From IMG/VR virus record IMGVR_UViG_3300028840_008160, positions 62,001 through 126,000 of that record: 64,000 nucleotides of DNA. One strand, given 5' to 3'. Under the pieces are notes generated by a model. The model saw nothing but the letters and a program-made list of their open reading frames with translations, was not told where the DNA came from and did not search any database. A program made the position numbers and the translations under genes. Of this stretch, positions 19,172-29,009 are shown piece by piece (the stretch's first letter is position 1; every line of letters begins with the position of its first letter).

Positions 19172-19348
19172 ATGAATGATGAACAAATCATTCATGACAT
19201 AGTTCACGAATTGTCAAGTGAAAAGAAAAAACCCACAGGTCATCCGGCAAGTAGGCGTTTGCCCAAAAGAGTATATATGGATGTCGCTATACCGGCAGTT
19301 GGTGACTGGCCAAAATATAGCGATCCCATCAAAAGTCGCGAACAATAA
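19172..19348 (+). CDS. Small hypothetical protein (58 aa from ATG 19172)
   Basis: Track ORF 19157..19348; first ATG at 19172, just after the upstream stop. Confidence 0.45.
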   Translation: MNDEQIIHDIVHELSSEKKKPTGHPASRRLPKRVYMDVAIPAVGDWPKYSDPIKSREQ

Positions 19349-19361
19349 TCATTTCTTTATT

Positions 19362-19381
19362 TTTATACTATTTTTGATAAT
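19362..19381 (+). promoter_or_regulatory. Candidate late promoter motif TTTATACTATTTTTGATAAT
   Basis: In one of the few intergenic gaps; 15/20 identical to the motif at 23653-23672. Confidence 0.35.
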
Positions 19382-19435
19382 TGTATCATCTAGTTTTAAG
19401 GTGAAAAGTCTTTTCATTATTGGGAGTCAGATTAT

Positions 19436-22400
19436 ATGAGTCAACCCTATGTCGGCAATTATTCATACAGCATTAACGATTTAGAGACTAGTTCTAAAAA
19501 GCGTTATTTGATGGCGGGTCAAAAAGGAAAACCCGTTTTAGATGAAGAACTTTCTGAAGTTAATTTCAGAAATTTTGATCTTAAAAGACGCATTTGGGAG
19601 CGTAATGCTGGTGATGCTGCATTGGGTCGTGATTCATTTGAAATTGTCCAAAGTTCAACAACGACTGTTAGTAACTTCACGATAAAAGGTGGGACAGCTG
19701 AAGATCCAGCTGTGCTATTTATACAAGGCTATCCGCTATTACTCTTTGGCGACATCGAATATAATCAACAAAACAATACTGGCGCGTTAACTGATGATGA
19801 CTATACAGAGACATTAATTCCTGGAATAAGTACGCCTACGTCTGATCGCACAGATACAGTTTATGTTGATTGCTATTTAGCCGAAGTTAGTTCTGAAACT
19901 GGCAGTGAATATCAAGATCCAGCGATTAAAGATGCTGTCTTGGGATTACAGACTGCTAATAGGTTTAGAATTGTTCAAGATATACGAGTTGAAGAAGGAT
20001 CAACGACGATACCTATTGACGGTGTTGATGGCAATGGTATATATCATAGATATTATAAGTTAGCAGAACTTGATAGGCATAATGGTGTGCCTGATATTTA
20101 TACAGCTGATATTACTGACATGCGAACAGTTACGACGTCGCTTAAGGAAATATCAAATGGATATGGTGATATTCATGTAAGAAATGCTATTGTCGATAAT
20201 GATCTTGATGTTCATGGCACACTTACAATCATTAATACATCTGAAACTAATCAAGAAAAATTAGTTATCACTTGCAATGACCCTGGCGTTGTTGCAATGG
20301 TAGTTAACAAGTCAGAAAATGGTGATGCAGTTCAAATCAATAAGACATCAGGCACCGGCTATGCATTGATTGTTAACAGCGGTTATGTCGGCATTAATAC
20401 AAGTGCACCATCTGAGGCACTTTTCATTCATCAACAACGTTTGGGCATATTGGGTTCAAATGGCGCACAAATACGTTTGTCTGGAAATGATCATACTGCT
20501 GGCGCTTTATATACAACAAATAACTATCCATTGTATTTAGGTGTAAATAATATAGCTGAAAGAATTGTAATAGCGGCAACAACTGGTTATGTTGGTATTC
20601 ATACTACAAACCCAAGTAACGAATTAGATGTTAATGGTACAATTAGAATTAGAGGTGGATTGCCAGCTGCTGGCAATTTATTACAGTCAGATGCAACAGG
20701 TGTTGGCACATGGGTTAGTCAGTCATCTATTGATGATAATGACTGGGTAGAAAGTGGAAATGATGTTTACTTTAATAAATCAGGCAATGTTGGAATTAAT
20801 ACATCTTCTCCGTCAAACGCTAAACTTGACGTTAATGGTCAAATAAGAATGCGTACAGATGCCGCATCTGGAAAGATTATAATTTCAGATGCAAATGGTG
20901 TAATGAGTTGGGTTAGTCAAACAGCGATTAGTGACGGTGACTGGGTTGTTAGTGGAAGTAATGTTTATAACAACACTGGCAATATTGGCATAGGCACTAG
21001 CAACCCAACAAAGAAATTTGCTGTTCAAGCAGCTGCATCTGATGGTATGTATTTATGGAATAGTTCGTCTGCAGAACGAGGAAAATTAGCATTTGATGCA
21101 TCATCAAATGCAGTATTAGAATTAAGGAATGCAGCTGGTAATCCGCAAGTTCTTTTAGATTCTAGCACTGGTGCTAATTATATATTTGCCGGAGATACAG
21201 GTATTGGTACTGCTACTCCTGGTGCAAAACTTGATGTTGAAGGCAATTTTAGAGTACTGAACGGTACAACTATTAATGAGTTTTCAACTGATGGAACATT
21301 AGCAGGTGACTCTGATGACGCTGTACCGACTGAGAAAGCTGTCAAAACATATATTGATCAATATAGTCATTGGATTAAAACGTCGACAACAGTGCATTTA
21401 CAAACAGGATCTAATAATGTTGGTATAGGTACTGCATCATCGACATATAAATTAAGAGTAGAAGGCACATCATATTTGAATGGTTCAACTGATATTAAAG
21501 GTGATTTGACAATTACTGATCAGGATTCTACTGATGTTATTGTTAAAATGTATGATAGTGGTGATGATGGTGTTATTGATGTTTATCAAAATAATGCTGT
21601 TACAACTAAAATTCATGGTAATGGAACAAGCTATTTTAAAGGTGGTAGCGTTGGAATAGGAACAGAAACGCCTGCTACAACACTTGATGTTGAAGGTACA
21701 CTTAGAGTATTGAATGGCACGTCAATTAATGAATTTTCAACAGATGGTACAATGGCTGGTGATTCAGACGACGCTGTGCCAACAGAAAAAGCTGTCAGAA
21801 CTTATGTTACTAGTAATGCTGGTCAGTGGAATAGAATATCATCGGTGTTGTCGCCGAAGACAATAACAGATGGTGTTAGTGTCGGTCAAACTGCCGGAGT
21901 CGCAAATACACTTTCAGTTAATGGTAGAGTATCTGTTACTGGTACTAGCACTACACAATCAGCAATTTATAGTATTGCAGGCGGACCTGGTGCAGCTGTG
22001 CAGGCTGTTCAGGATAATGCAAATGGTTATGCTATTGAATCTAATGCTTCTGATACTACAGGATATATTTTGATTGGTAAAAGTGGTGCAAGTACAAGAT
22101 TTACAATGAGGGGTAGTGGTAATACTCGTTGGGCAGCTGGTGGAATAGCTATAAATGAAGCTGAAGTTTCAACTACTGGTTATTTACAAGCTACTGGTCG
22201 TATAGTATGTACTGGTACTAGTACTACACTAGCAGCAATTCAGGGTATTGGAAGCGGTGGTCCTGGTGTATATGCTATACAAGATACTGCAAGTCGTTAT
22301 GCTATTGAATCTGTTGTTTCTGATGATACAGCATATAATTTATTTTGCAAAAGTGGTGCAAGTACAAGATTTACAATGAGGGGTAGTGGTGATACTCGTT

Positions 22401-23338
22401 GGGCAGCTGGTGGAATAGCTATAAATGAAGCTGAAGTTTCAACTACTGGTTATTTACAAGCTACTGGTCGTATAGTATGTACTGGTACTAGTACTACACA
22501 ATCAGCAATTTATAGTATTGCAGGCGGACCTGGTGCAGCTGTGCAGGCTGTTCAGGATAATGCAAATGGTTATGCTATTGAATCTAATGCTTCTGATACT
22601 ACAGGATATAATTTATATTGCAAAAGTGGTGCTTCACTAAAGCATTATTTAAAAGGTAATGGTGAAGCTTATTTTGATTTTTCAGTTGGTGTCGGAACAA
22701 CACCGCCTGGTTATGGTGGCGCATTTATAGCTGGAACAAGTACAACGAACCCAGCAATGTTTATTTATGGTGTTGGCGGTGGACTGCGTGTTATAGCAAC
22801 TACTGGCGCAGGATTTACTTATGAAGGATGGGACTCAACATTGGGTCGTACATTTACTGTTAGTAATGCAGGTCAAATTAAATCAGATTATGGTGCTGCT
22901 GTATATTCACCCGCTGACTTTGCTGAATGGACTAAGGTTGAAGGAGAATTAAAAAATTATGATTTGGGAACAATAGTTTCACAATCAGATATAGATTTAA
23001 CAGTTAAAGTTGCTGATGATGTTGAAAGTGTTTATGGTATTGTAACAGATAGAGCAACATTTCTAGGCGGTTTGACAGGAGTTGTGAAAAAAGAATATGA
23101 TATTTTAGAAGATCATCAGATTGAACGAAAATTTAATGCCAAAAAAATTGCTATGACTGGTCATGTAGTTGTAAAAGTTATTGGCAATATTAAAGTTGGA
23201 CAAAGGTTGACGTTGTCAAGTATACATGGTGTAGCAAAAGCAGCTAAAACAACTGAAGAAAAAATGTTCGCGTTTGCATTTGCTAGACAAAATTATAATG
23301 CAGATGAAATTGGATTAATTGAAGTACGATTGCTTTAA
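19436..23338 (+). CDS. Fibre/appendage protein with C-terminal intramolecular chaperone (peptidase G2-like autocleavage domain)
   Basis: N-terminal QKGKPVLDEELSE attachment domain; repeated GNVGIGT.SP..KLDV.G fibre units; two INEFSTDGT.AGDSDDAVPTEKAV units; C-terminal ADFAEW...GIVT...GG...IAMTGHV.VKV.G.IKVG..L. Confidence 0.8.
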   Translation: MSQPYVGNYSYSINDLETSSKKRYLMAGQKGKPVLDEELSEVNFRNFDLKRRIWERNAGDAALGRDSFEIVQSSTTTVSNFTIKGGTAEDPAVLFIQGYPLLLFGDIEYNQQNNTGALTDDDYTETLIPGISTPTSDRTDTVYVDCYLAEVSSETGSEYQDPAIKDAVLGLQTANRFRIVQDIRVEEGSTTIPIDGVDGNGIYHRYYKLAELDRHNGVPDIYTADITDMRTVTTSLKEISNGYGDIHVRNAIVDNDLDVHGTLTIINTSETNQEKLVITCNDPGVVAMVVNKSENGDAVQINKTSGTGYALIVNSGYVGINTSAPSEALFIHQQRLGILGSNGAQIRLSGNDHTAGALYTTNNYPLYLGVNNIAERIVIAATTGYVGIHTTNPSNELDVNGTIRIRGGLPAAGNLLQSDATGVGTWVSQSSIDDNDWVESGNDVYFNKSGNVGINTSSPSNAKLDVNGQIRMRTDAASGKIIISDANGVMSWVSQTAISDGDWVVSGSNVYNNTGNIGIGTSNPTKKFAVQAAASDGMYLWNSSSAERGKLAFDASSNAVLELRNAAGNPQVLLDSSTGANYIFAGDTGIGTATPGAKLDVEGNFRVLNGTTINEFSTDGTLAGDSDDAVPTEKAVKTYIDQYSHWIKTSTTVHLQTGSNNVGIGTASSTYKLRVEGTSYLNGSTDIKGDLTITDQDSTDVIVKMYDSGDDGVIDVYQNNAVTTKIHGNGTSYFKGGSVGIGTETPATTLDVEGTLRVLNGTSINEFSTDGTMAGDSDDAVPTEKAVRTYVTSNAGQWNRISSVLSPKTITDGVSVGQTAGVANTLSVNGRVSVTGTSTTQSAIYSIAGGPGAAVQAVQDNANGYAIESNASDTTGYILIGKSGASTRFTMRGSGNTRWAAGGIAINEAEVSTTGYLQATGRIVCTGTSTTLAAIQGIGSGGPGVYAIQDTASRYAIESVVSDDTAYNLFCKSGASTRFTMRGSGDTRWAAGGIAINEAEVSTTGYLQATGRIVCTGTSTTQSAIYSIAGGPGAAVQAVQDNANGYAIESNASDTTGYNLYCKSGASLKHYLKGNGEAYFDFSVGVGTTPPGYGGAFIAGTSTTNPAMFIYGVGGGLRVIATTGAGFTYEGWDSTLGRTFTVSNAGQIKSDYGAAVYSPADFAEWTKVEGELKNYDLGTIVSQSDIDLTVKVADDVESVYGIVTDRATFLGGLTGVVKKEYDILEDHQIERKFNAKKIAMTGHVVVKVIGNIKVGQRLTLSSIHGVAKAAKTTEEKMFAFAFARQNYNADEIGLIEVRLL
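21937..22610 (+). repeat. Near-identical interleaved coding duplications (A-B-A'-B-A) in the distal part of the fibre
   Basis: 21937-22067 vs 22480-22610 (131 nt, 1 mismatch); 22079-22229 vs 22349-22499 (151 nt, 1 mismatch). Confidence 0.92.
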
Positions 23339-23619
23339 TGGAGATGCAGATGATAGTAATATTAAGTTTTATTCGAAAAACGACAATATTAAAGAATGTG
23401 TCTATTGCACAGATGACTGATGGCAGTTTGAAAAGAAATTTTTATGACAAAGCTGAATTAGTTTCTGTTATAGATAGTATTCCTCCACCTGCTGGAGCAG
23501 ATACTGTGTTATATATTAAATGTGGTTGTGGTAGAGAGTATCTTTGGACAACTACGGATGATATTCCTACGACTAATTTTGATTGCGTTTGCGGCCAGAA
23601 AGTAATCGAATATGGATAA
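23338..23619 (+). CDS. Small zinc-ribbon-like protein (CGCG...CVCG); start may be 23350
   Basis: Two CxC pairs; GGAG at 23340-23343. Confidence 0.55.
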   Translation: MEMQMIVILSFIRKTTILKNVSIAQMTDGSLKRNFYDKAELVSVIDSIPPPAGADTVLYIKCGCGREYLWTTTDDIPTTNFDCVCGQKVIEYG

Positions 23620-23652
23620 GATGCATAGATTTAGTCAAATGTAGATCATACA

Positions 23653-23672
23653 TTTATAATTCTTTTAATTAT
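23653..23672 (+). promoter_or_regulatory. Candidate late promoter motif TTTATAATTCTTTTAATTAT
   Basis: In the gap upstream of the sheath gene; contains TATAAT; matches 19362-19381. Confidence 0.35.
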
Positions 23673-23715
23673 CAGCTAAAGATGTAAGAGAAAACTAATC
23701 GAAAGGATCTTAATT

Positions 23716-26478
23716 ATGGCAGCATTTGTATCAGGCTATCTTGCGCCGGGTGTATATGATAGAACTCTCTTGGACCCCAATGTCGCTAGTTTAATTGGTG
23801 GACTAAGAATTCCTGTCATAGTTGGAACGGCTAATGAAGAAAAACTTCTTTTGAATCAGGATATGATTCGTGGGTCATCAGCATCTGTTGATAATAAAGC
23901 ATCTAATGAAGATTTATCATCACAAGCTGATGGTTCTAATACTGTATTCCAAGTTTTGTATTACCCAATTGTTACAGGCGAAGGTTCAGGTATAGTTACA
24001 AGTCGTGTGTCAGATGTCATTGTAAGTGTGAATAATCAGCCAGTACCAGTTGTTAGAGTTGACGGATTGAATGGATTAGTGACCACACAGCTTCCGCCAA
24101 AAGACAATGATACAGTCACTATTACATATTATTTTAAGTTGACTGATACTAAGATTGACAATGAAGATGTTTCTGCTCAAGCTGATGGTTCAAATGTGTT
24201 GTTCTATACTGCTCATAAACCGATAGTTGATGGTCGTGGTAGTGGAACGCCTACTACTTCAATAACAGATGTTGTTGTTAAAGTAAATGGTTTGTTAGCA
24301 AATATATCTGAAGTTAGTGGTATTGAAGGAACTGTTACATTGTTAACTGCTCCAGCTGGTGGAGCTACTGTGACAGTGTCATATTGGTTTAATGAGCATT
24401 CAGACACTTTTGACTTGTTGCCTCAAGACAAATTGACAACTGTTATTCAGGTTGGTGATTCGCCTGATTTAGCAAACTATGTTGAAGGTGTTGACTTTAT
24501 CATTCTTGATGGTAATAAAATTCAATGGGGCGCTGGATATAAGATTGACATTATCACTCATACTACAGGTGCTGTGTATTTTGAAGATCAAATTTCAGTG
24601 CTTCTTGTTGACGATCATATTATCAAAGAGGATGTTTCTAGTCAGTTTACTGGTGTCGAGAATTCATGTGTCGTTACTTATCTACCAATTGTTGACGGTA
24701 ACGGCCGTGACATTATTACTTATGATCCACAAAAAGTCAAAGCATACATTAACGACGTTGAGACAACAGTTATTAGGGTTGACGGTGCAACAGGAACCAT
24801 TTATTTGTCAACAACACCGTTAATTACTGATGTTGTTGAAGTCTCATATTACAGAAATGAGATGATTGACGAAACGTATGCTATTGCTGTTGTTACAGCT
24901 GGTATTGCTGGAACTGGCACATATAAAGTTTCAACGCAGATTCAAGGTTCGCTGTATCATGTGAAGATGACTAACTATACGACAACACCTACACCGACGT
25001 TTATGTCATCGGTTGGTGCGTATACTAAGACTAGTAAGAATAAAGCTGTAGATGAAGTAGTAACGTTGACTTTTACAAGTGCAACTGAATTTACAGTGAC
25101 GTCTACAAATGGTTCTGGATCTGGTTCTGGAGCAACAACTTCAGGAAAGACAGGTCATACTTACATCGATGCAGTTACCGGATTGCAGTTTACTATTACA
25201 CCTGATGGGACTTATCAAGTAGGTGAAACTATTGAACTTACTAGTCATAATGATGATGTTCCTGGTACAAGAACTGGTGGCCCTGGAACTGGTGATGCTG
25301 GCCCATTTGAAACAGGTGTGTCGGAAACTGTTTATACTGTGCCAGGTATCAGATTGATTGTTACTGACACAGAGAATACTGCATCAGGTGACACAACAAA
25401 TGTTCAGACATATGATAAAGCTGGTAATGAACCTGTTGTTGGATCGACGTATTACATGAGTTACTATTATGAAAAGACTGATTATACGCCGAAGATTTTC
25501 ACAAGGTTCAAAGATATTACGTCTGAATATGGAAACATGGACATTGGCAACCAAATCACATTAACAGCATTCTTGATGATGATTAACGGTGCTGTAGCTG
25601 TTATGTGCAAGCAAATTCTTAAAGAGCCAGGTGAACAAATAGCTGCTGATCAGACGTACATTCTTGCTCTTAAAGAACTTGAGAAGCCAGTTAGTGGTAT
25701 TAGACCAAGAGTAATTCATCTTTGTACCACTTCTTCGTCAGTTATTTCTGCTCTTAAGACACATTTAGCTCAAATGTCTTCAGAACGTCGTCGGTCTGAA
25801 AGAACAGCATTTATTGGCTTTGCTGTTGGGACTGAACCTCAGGATGCTGCGCAATTTGCTCGATCACTTAGTTATGGCCGTATTGTTGCAGTTTATCCTG
25901 ATGGTGCAGTTGTTGCATTAACTGACGAACGCGGCGTTGAATCTGAGTACATCGTTGATGGTAGTTATATGGCTGCTGCTATGGCTGGATTGAATGTTAG
26001 CACAGCTTATGATGTAGCCGAACCAATGACTCGTAAGACAATCACTGGTTTCAAACGGCTTATTCGTGCTATGGACGATGTTGAAATGGATGAGGCTGCT
26101 GCTGCGGGTATCACTATTATTGAGGATCAATCTGGTATCATGAAGATTCGTCATGCACTGACGACTGATATCAGCAATCCATTTAATAAGGCACCGAACA
26201 TCATCACAATCATGGATGAAGTTCAAATTCAGGCTAGAAATGCACTAGACCAGTACATTGGTAAGAAATTCTTGCCGAATACGCCTGGTGATGTTATTGG
26301 TACTCTTGCAGCTACACTGTCTGCTCTTAAGGAAGGTGAAATTATTTCTGATTATGCTAACGTTACAGCTGAACCTTCCGACTTTGATCCTAACTACCTT
26401 GTATGTGAAGCATACTACAAGCCAGTGTTTGAATTGTCGTATATCAGGGTGACTTTCAATATTAGAGCGAAGCTTTAA
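23716..26478 (+). CDS. Tail sheath protein with inserted surface domains
   Basis: N-terminal YLAPGVY; C-terminal sheath core (ERTAFIG, YMAAAMAG, EPMTRK.I.GF, GITII, IRHALTT, YIGKK, YKPVFELSYIRVTF). Confidence 0.92.
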   Translation: MAAFVSGYLAPGVYDRTLLDPNVASLIGGLRIPVIVGTANEEKLLLNQDMIRGSSASVDNKASNEDLSSQADGSNTVFQVLYYPIVTGEGSGIVTSRVSDVIVSVNNQPVPVVRVDGLNGLVTTQLPPKDNDTVTITYYFKLTDTKIDNEDVSAQADGSNVLFYTAHKPIVDGRGSGTPTTSITDVVVKVNGLLANISEVSGIEGTVTLLTAPAGGATVTVSYWFNEHSDTFDLLPQDKLTTVIQVGDSPDLANYVEGVDFIILDGNKIQWGAGYKIDIITHTTGAVYFEDQISVLLVDDHIIKEDVSSQFTGVENSCVVTYLPIVDGNGRDIITYDPQKVKAYINDVETTVIRVDGATGTIYLSTTPLITDVVEVSYYRNEMIDETYAIAVVTAGIAGTGTYKVSTQIQGSLYHVKMTNYTTTPTPTFMSSVGAYTKTSKNKAVDEVVTLTFTSATEFTVTSTNGSGSGSGATTSGKTGHTYIDAVTGLQFTITPDGTYQVGETIELTSHNDDVPGTRTGGPGTGDAGPFETGVSETVYTVPGIRLIVTDTENTASGDTTNVQTYDKAGNEPVVGSTYYMSYYYEKTDYTPKIFTRFKDITSEYGNMDIGNQITLTAFLMMINGAVAVMCKQILKEPGEQIAADQTYILALKELEKPVSGIRPRVIHLCTTSSSVISALKTHLAQMSSERRRSERTAFIGFAVGTEPQDAAQFARSLSYGRIVAVYPDGAVVALTDERGVESEYIVDGSYMAAAMAGLNVSTAYDVAEPMTRKTITGFKRLIRAMDDVEMDEAAAAGITIIEDQSGIMKIRHALTTDISNPFNKAPNIITIMDEVQIQARNALDQYIGKKFLPNTPGDVIGTLAATLSALKEGEIISDYANVTAEPSDFDPNYLVCEAYYKPVFELSYIRVTFNIRAKL

Positions 26479-26481
26479 TAA

Positions 26482-26853
26482 ATGAAAAGAGCATTCAATA
26501 ATGCTAAATATCAAGACCAGCCTCGTTTTAAAGACGAGGCTGTGTCTTGGTCAGATGTATTGCCTCGGTGGCAGGATCGCATAAAAGTAAGTCCTGTTAG
26601 ATTAGAAGAAGGCGATTATCTATATGAAGATGAAAATGCAGATCGATTTAATGCTGGGCCTGACTTTAATCAAAAACATGGTCAACCCAGAGGATATGAT
26701 CCAATAAGTAAAAAGCCTGTTGATCGATTTGAAAGTGGAATACACGCTGACGATATTAGAGAACAGGTTTTTGTAGATGATTTGATAACTTCGTTTAATA
26801 ATGAAGAACGATTAATCAGAGACATATTAAAAAATGACACTGGAGGTAGCTAA
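26482..26853 (+). CDS. Hypothetical protein between sheath and tube
   Basis: 123-aa ORF filling the gap; TAATG-coupled to the tube gene. Confidence 0.55.
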   Translation: MKRAFNNAKYQDQPRFKDEAVSWSDVLPRWQDRIKVSPVRLEEGDYLYEDENADRFNAGPDFNQKHGQPRGYDPISKKPVDRFESGIHADDIREQVFVDDLITSFNNEERLIRDILKNDTGGS

Positions 26854-27491
26854 TGGCATCAAACAGTTATATTTATCAGCACGGTGCGACACCGAACACT
26901 ACTCTGTTAAACAGCCAGAAAGTCAAAGTATTTACTTCACATCCTGGTGGAGCAGATCCTGCAGCTCATCAAATTGGTTTGCTTCAATCATGGGCACCGT
27001 CGCAATCAAGACCGTCAGAGTTCGTTCGCGGTATTGGTCATGGTGATAGAGTTGCTGAGCAATCAGTTGGTGTGACTGATTTGACCGGATCACTTAGTAT
27101 TGCTGTTATGTATCTAGTCAATATCATGCAAGTTCTTGGTTATAATGCTGGATCATCAGGAATTATTCGGTCATTAAAGCATCACAGATGGCCGTTTGAC
27201 ATTAAAGAACAGATCATTATTCCTGATTTTATTCAGTCAGATCTTACATATCAGCAAGGTACTAATAAGACAGGTGGTGTATCAAGTGGTAACATCATTC
27301 AGACTTATTATGAAGGTTGCTGGATGCAGGATTACAATATTTCGTTTGAGATTGGCTCATCAACAATTATGCAAGATTGCTCGGTCAATATTACAGATGT
27401 ATATGATCCTGCCGCTGGCCGCGGCGCATATGGTGAGGATCTCGAAGATAGAGATGCCTCAACGATAAGCAAGCTTATCACGCTTGCATAA
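26853..27491 (+). CDS. Tail tube protein
   Basis: GGAGG RBS; 212 aa directly after the sheath; IG.LQSW.PSQSR...RGIG, PFDI.E, YEGCW..DY.ISF pattern; followed by a terminator. Confidence 0.85.
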   Translation: MASNSYIYQHGATPNTTLLNSQKVKVFTSHPGGADPAAHQIGLLQSWAPSQSRPSEFVRGIGHGDRVAEQSVGVTDLTGSLSIAVMYLVNIMQVLGYNAGSSGIIRSLKHHRWPFDIKEQIIIPDFIQSDLTYQQGTNKTGGVSSGNIIQTYYEGCWMQDYNISFEIGSSTIMQDCSVNITDVYDPAAGRGAYGEDLEDRDASTISKLITLA

Positions 27492-27514
27492 GCTTGTTTA
27501 GTTACATTCCCCGC

Positions 27515-27557
27515 AAGGCGTTCATTGACCGAGTCTTCGGGAGAACGCCTTTTTTTT
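27515..27557 (+). terminator. Intrinsic (Rho-independent) terminator after the tube gene
   Basis: AAGGCGTTC (27515-27523) pairs with GAACGCCTT (27543-27551); inner CCGA/TCGG stem; followed by a T run. Confidence 0.8.
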
Positions 27558-27644
27558 CTCTCTTCTGTTTCTTCCCGCCAAGGGTTTCTCATTATGTCTC
27601 TGGACTTGTAGATTTTTTTAGATTTAGGCAATGGATATGAATAT

Positions 27645-29009
27645 ATGGATAAGTTTGCAGATATTAGACTGTTAGTTTTCGAAGGTTGCTTAAAAGAGAC
27701 GATAAAGTTCCGTGATTTCAGCGTGGTCATTAGAACTTTAGGTCCTGCAGAGGAGAATTTTGTCATCGAGATGTATCAATGCTTGCCAAAAGAATACAAT
27801 TTATTGTCTGCAGTTGATACATTACAATACGCTGTGTACTCAATTAATGGCTGTTGCATTTCTGATGAGTTTCGAGCATTAATTCGTGATTGGCCGAAAC
27901 AAATTATCATAAAATTGTTTGAAGAATATTTAAAGCTTGTCGAGAGATCTCGGCAGGCATTTTCTTTGATCGAAGAATTTATTACTACTGACGAATCAAA
28001 ATTACGGTGGTCGGTTGTTAGATCAACTAAAACAAATCTTAATAGTGCAGTAATAACTGGCAATCCAAATTTTGAAAAAAGAGGATTGACGCAGATTCAA
28101 CAACTTTGGGTGTACTTGCATCAACAAGAAGATGCTGTCGCAAAAAATAAACTTGATTGGACTAGAGTTGAGTATATGACTGATAGTATATGCTCATTCA
28201 TTAATCCAAAAGCTATGAGGCAAGTACAGAATCAAAAGAAATTACAACAAGAAGAAGAAATGAAGCGACAGCATCGCGAAGAGATGAAACAGATTCAAAA
28301 TAAATCAGAGGAGAAAGTAATGATTGATAATACTGCGGATGATTTGTTTGATGCGATTAAGAAACGACCAAATGAACCAGCACATGTATACGCAGAACGT
28401 GTACAAAAGTCAGTAATGAATACATTAAAAGAAGACGATCATGATAGATTGATTCGTGAATATGAAGAATTTGAATTTTATAGACGTTTACGAATAAAGA
28501 AAGAGAATGTTAGAAGATCAAGGATATTACAAGAAAAGAGAATGAGTAAAGCTATTGTGATTGATTTACCTGAGGCTCCTAAAGGTATTCAAGTTGGTTT
28601 TCAACAAGTAGCCACATTAGGTGATGATGTTAATTTTGAAGAACGAATTGCTGAACAAGAAAAAGGTAATAAGTGGTTTGTAAATGGTGTTGATTATTCA
28701 GAAGTTATGTTAGTTACATCATTTTCAATGTTGAAAAATAGAGATAAGATTTTTGAAGAAGTAACAAATGAAAGTGATGAAGAGACACAACGATGGATTA
28801 ATATTTACATTGAAGCAGATAAAGAAAAATCAGAAGTTGAACAAAGAATTAAAGATGCATGGAATGGTTCTTCGTCAGATTCTTTATTAGATAAGCGTGA
28901 ACGAGTGTTATCTGGTGAAACAGTTAATTCGTTTGAGGATAGACAACAAGCAATGAAACAAAAGATTCAAAAACAAAATGAATTAGATGAAATCAGATTT
29001 GGAGGATGA
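27645..29009 (+). CDS. Tail assembly chaperone-like domain with long charged helical extension
   Basis: N-terminal RTLG..E...L..AVYSING...W...II..LFEEY matches the next two genes; lies between tube and tape measure. Confidence 0.55.
   Translation: MDKFADIRLLVFEGCLKETIKFRDFSVVIRTLGPAEENFVIEMYQCLPKEYNLLSAVDTLQYAVYSINGCCISDEFRALIRDWPKQIIIKLFEEYLKLVERSRQAFSLIEEFITTDESKLRWSVVRSTKTNLNSAVITGNPNFEKRGLTQIQQLWVYLHQQEDAVAKNKLDWTRVEYMTDSICSFINPKAMRQVQNQKKLQQEEEMKRQHREEMKQIQNKSEEKVMIDNTADDLFDAIKKRPNEPAHVYAERVQKSVMNTLKEDDHDRLIREYEEFEFYRRLRIKKENVRRSRILQEKRMSKAIVIDLPEAPKGIQVGFQQVATLGDDVNFEERIAEQEKGNKWFVNGVDYSEVMLVTSFSMLKNRDKIFEEVTNESDEETQRWINIYIEADKEKSEVEQRIKDAWNGSSSDSLLDKRERVLSGETVNSFEDRQQAMKQKIQKQNELDEIRFGG

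Noticed and set aside
21937-22610. Possible DGR template/variable repeat pair in the fibre
   Set aside because: Both copies are in frame in one gene, with only one mismatch per pair (one is C/T); no reverse transcriptase is in the window.
27492-27644. tRNA or riboswitch in the intergenic gap
   Set aside because: No cloverleaf or known aptamer consensus was recognised; a terminator hairpin explains it.
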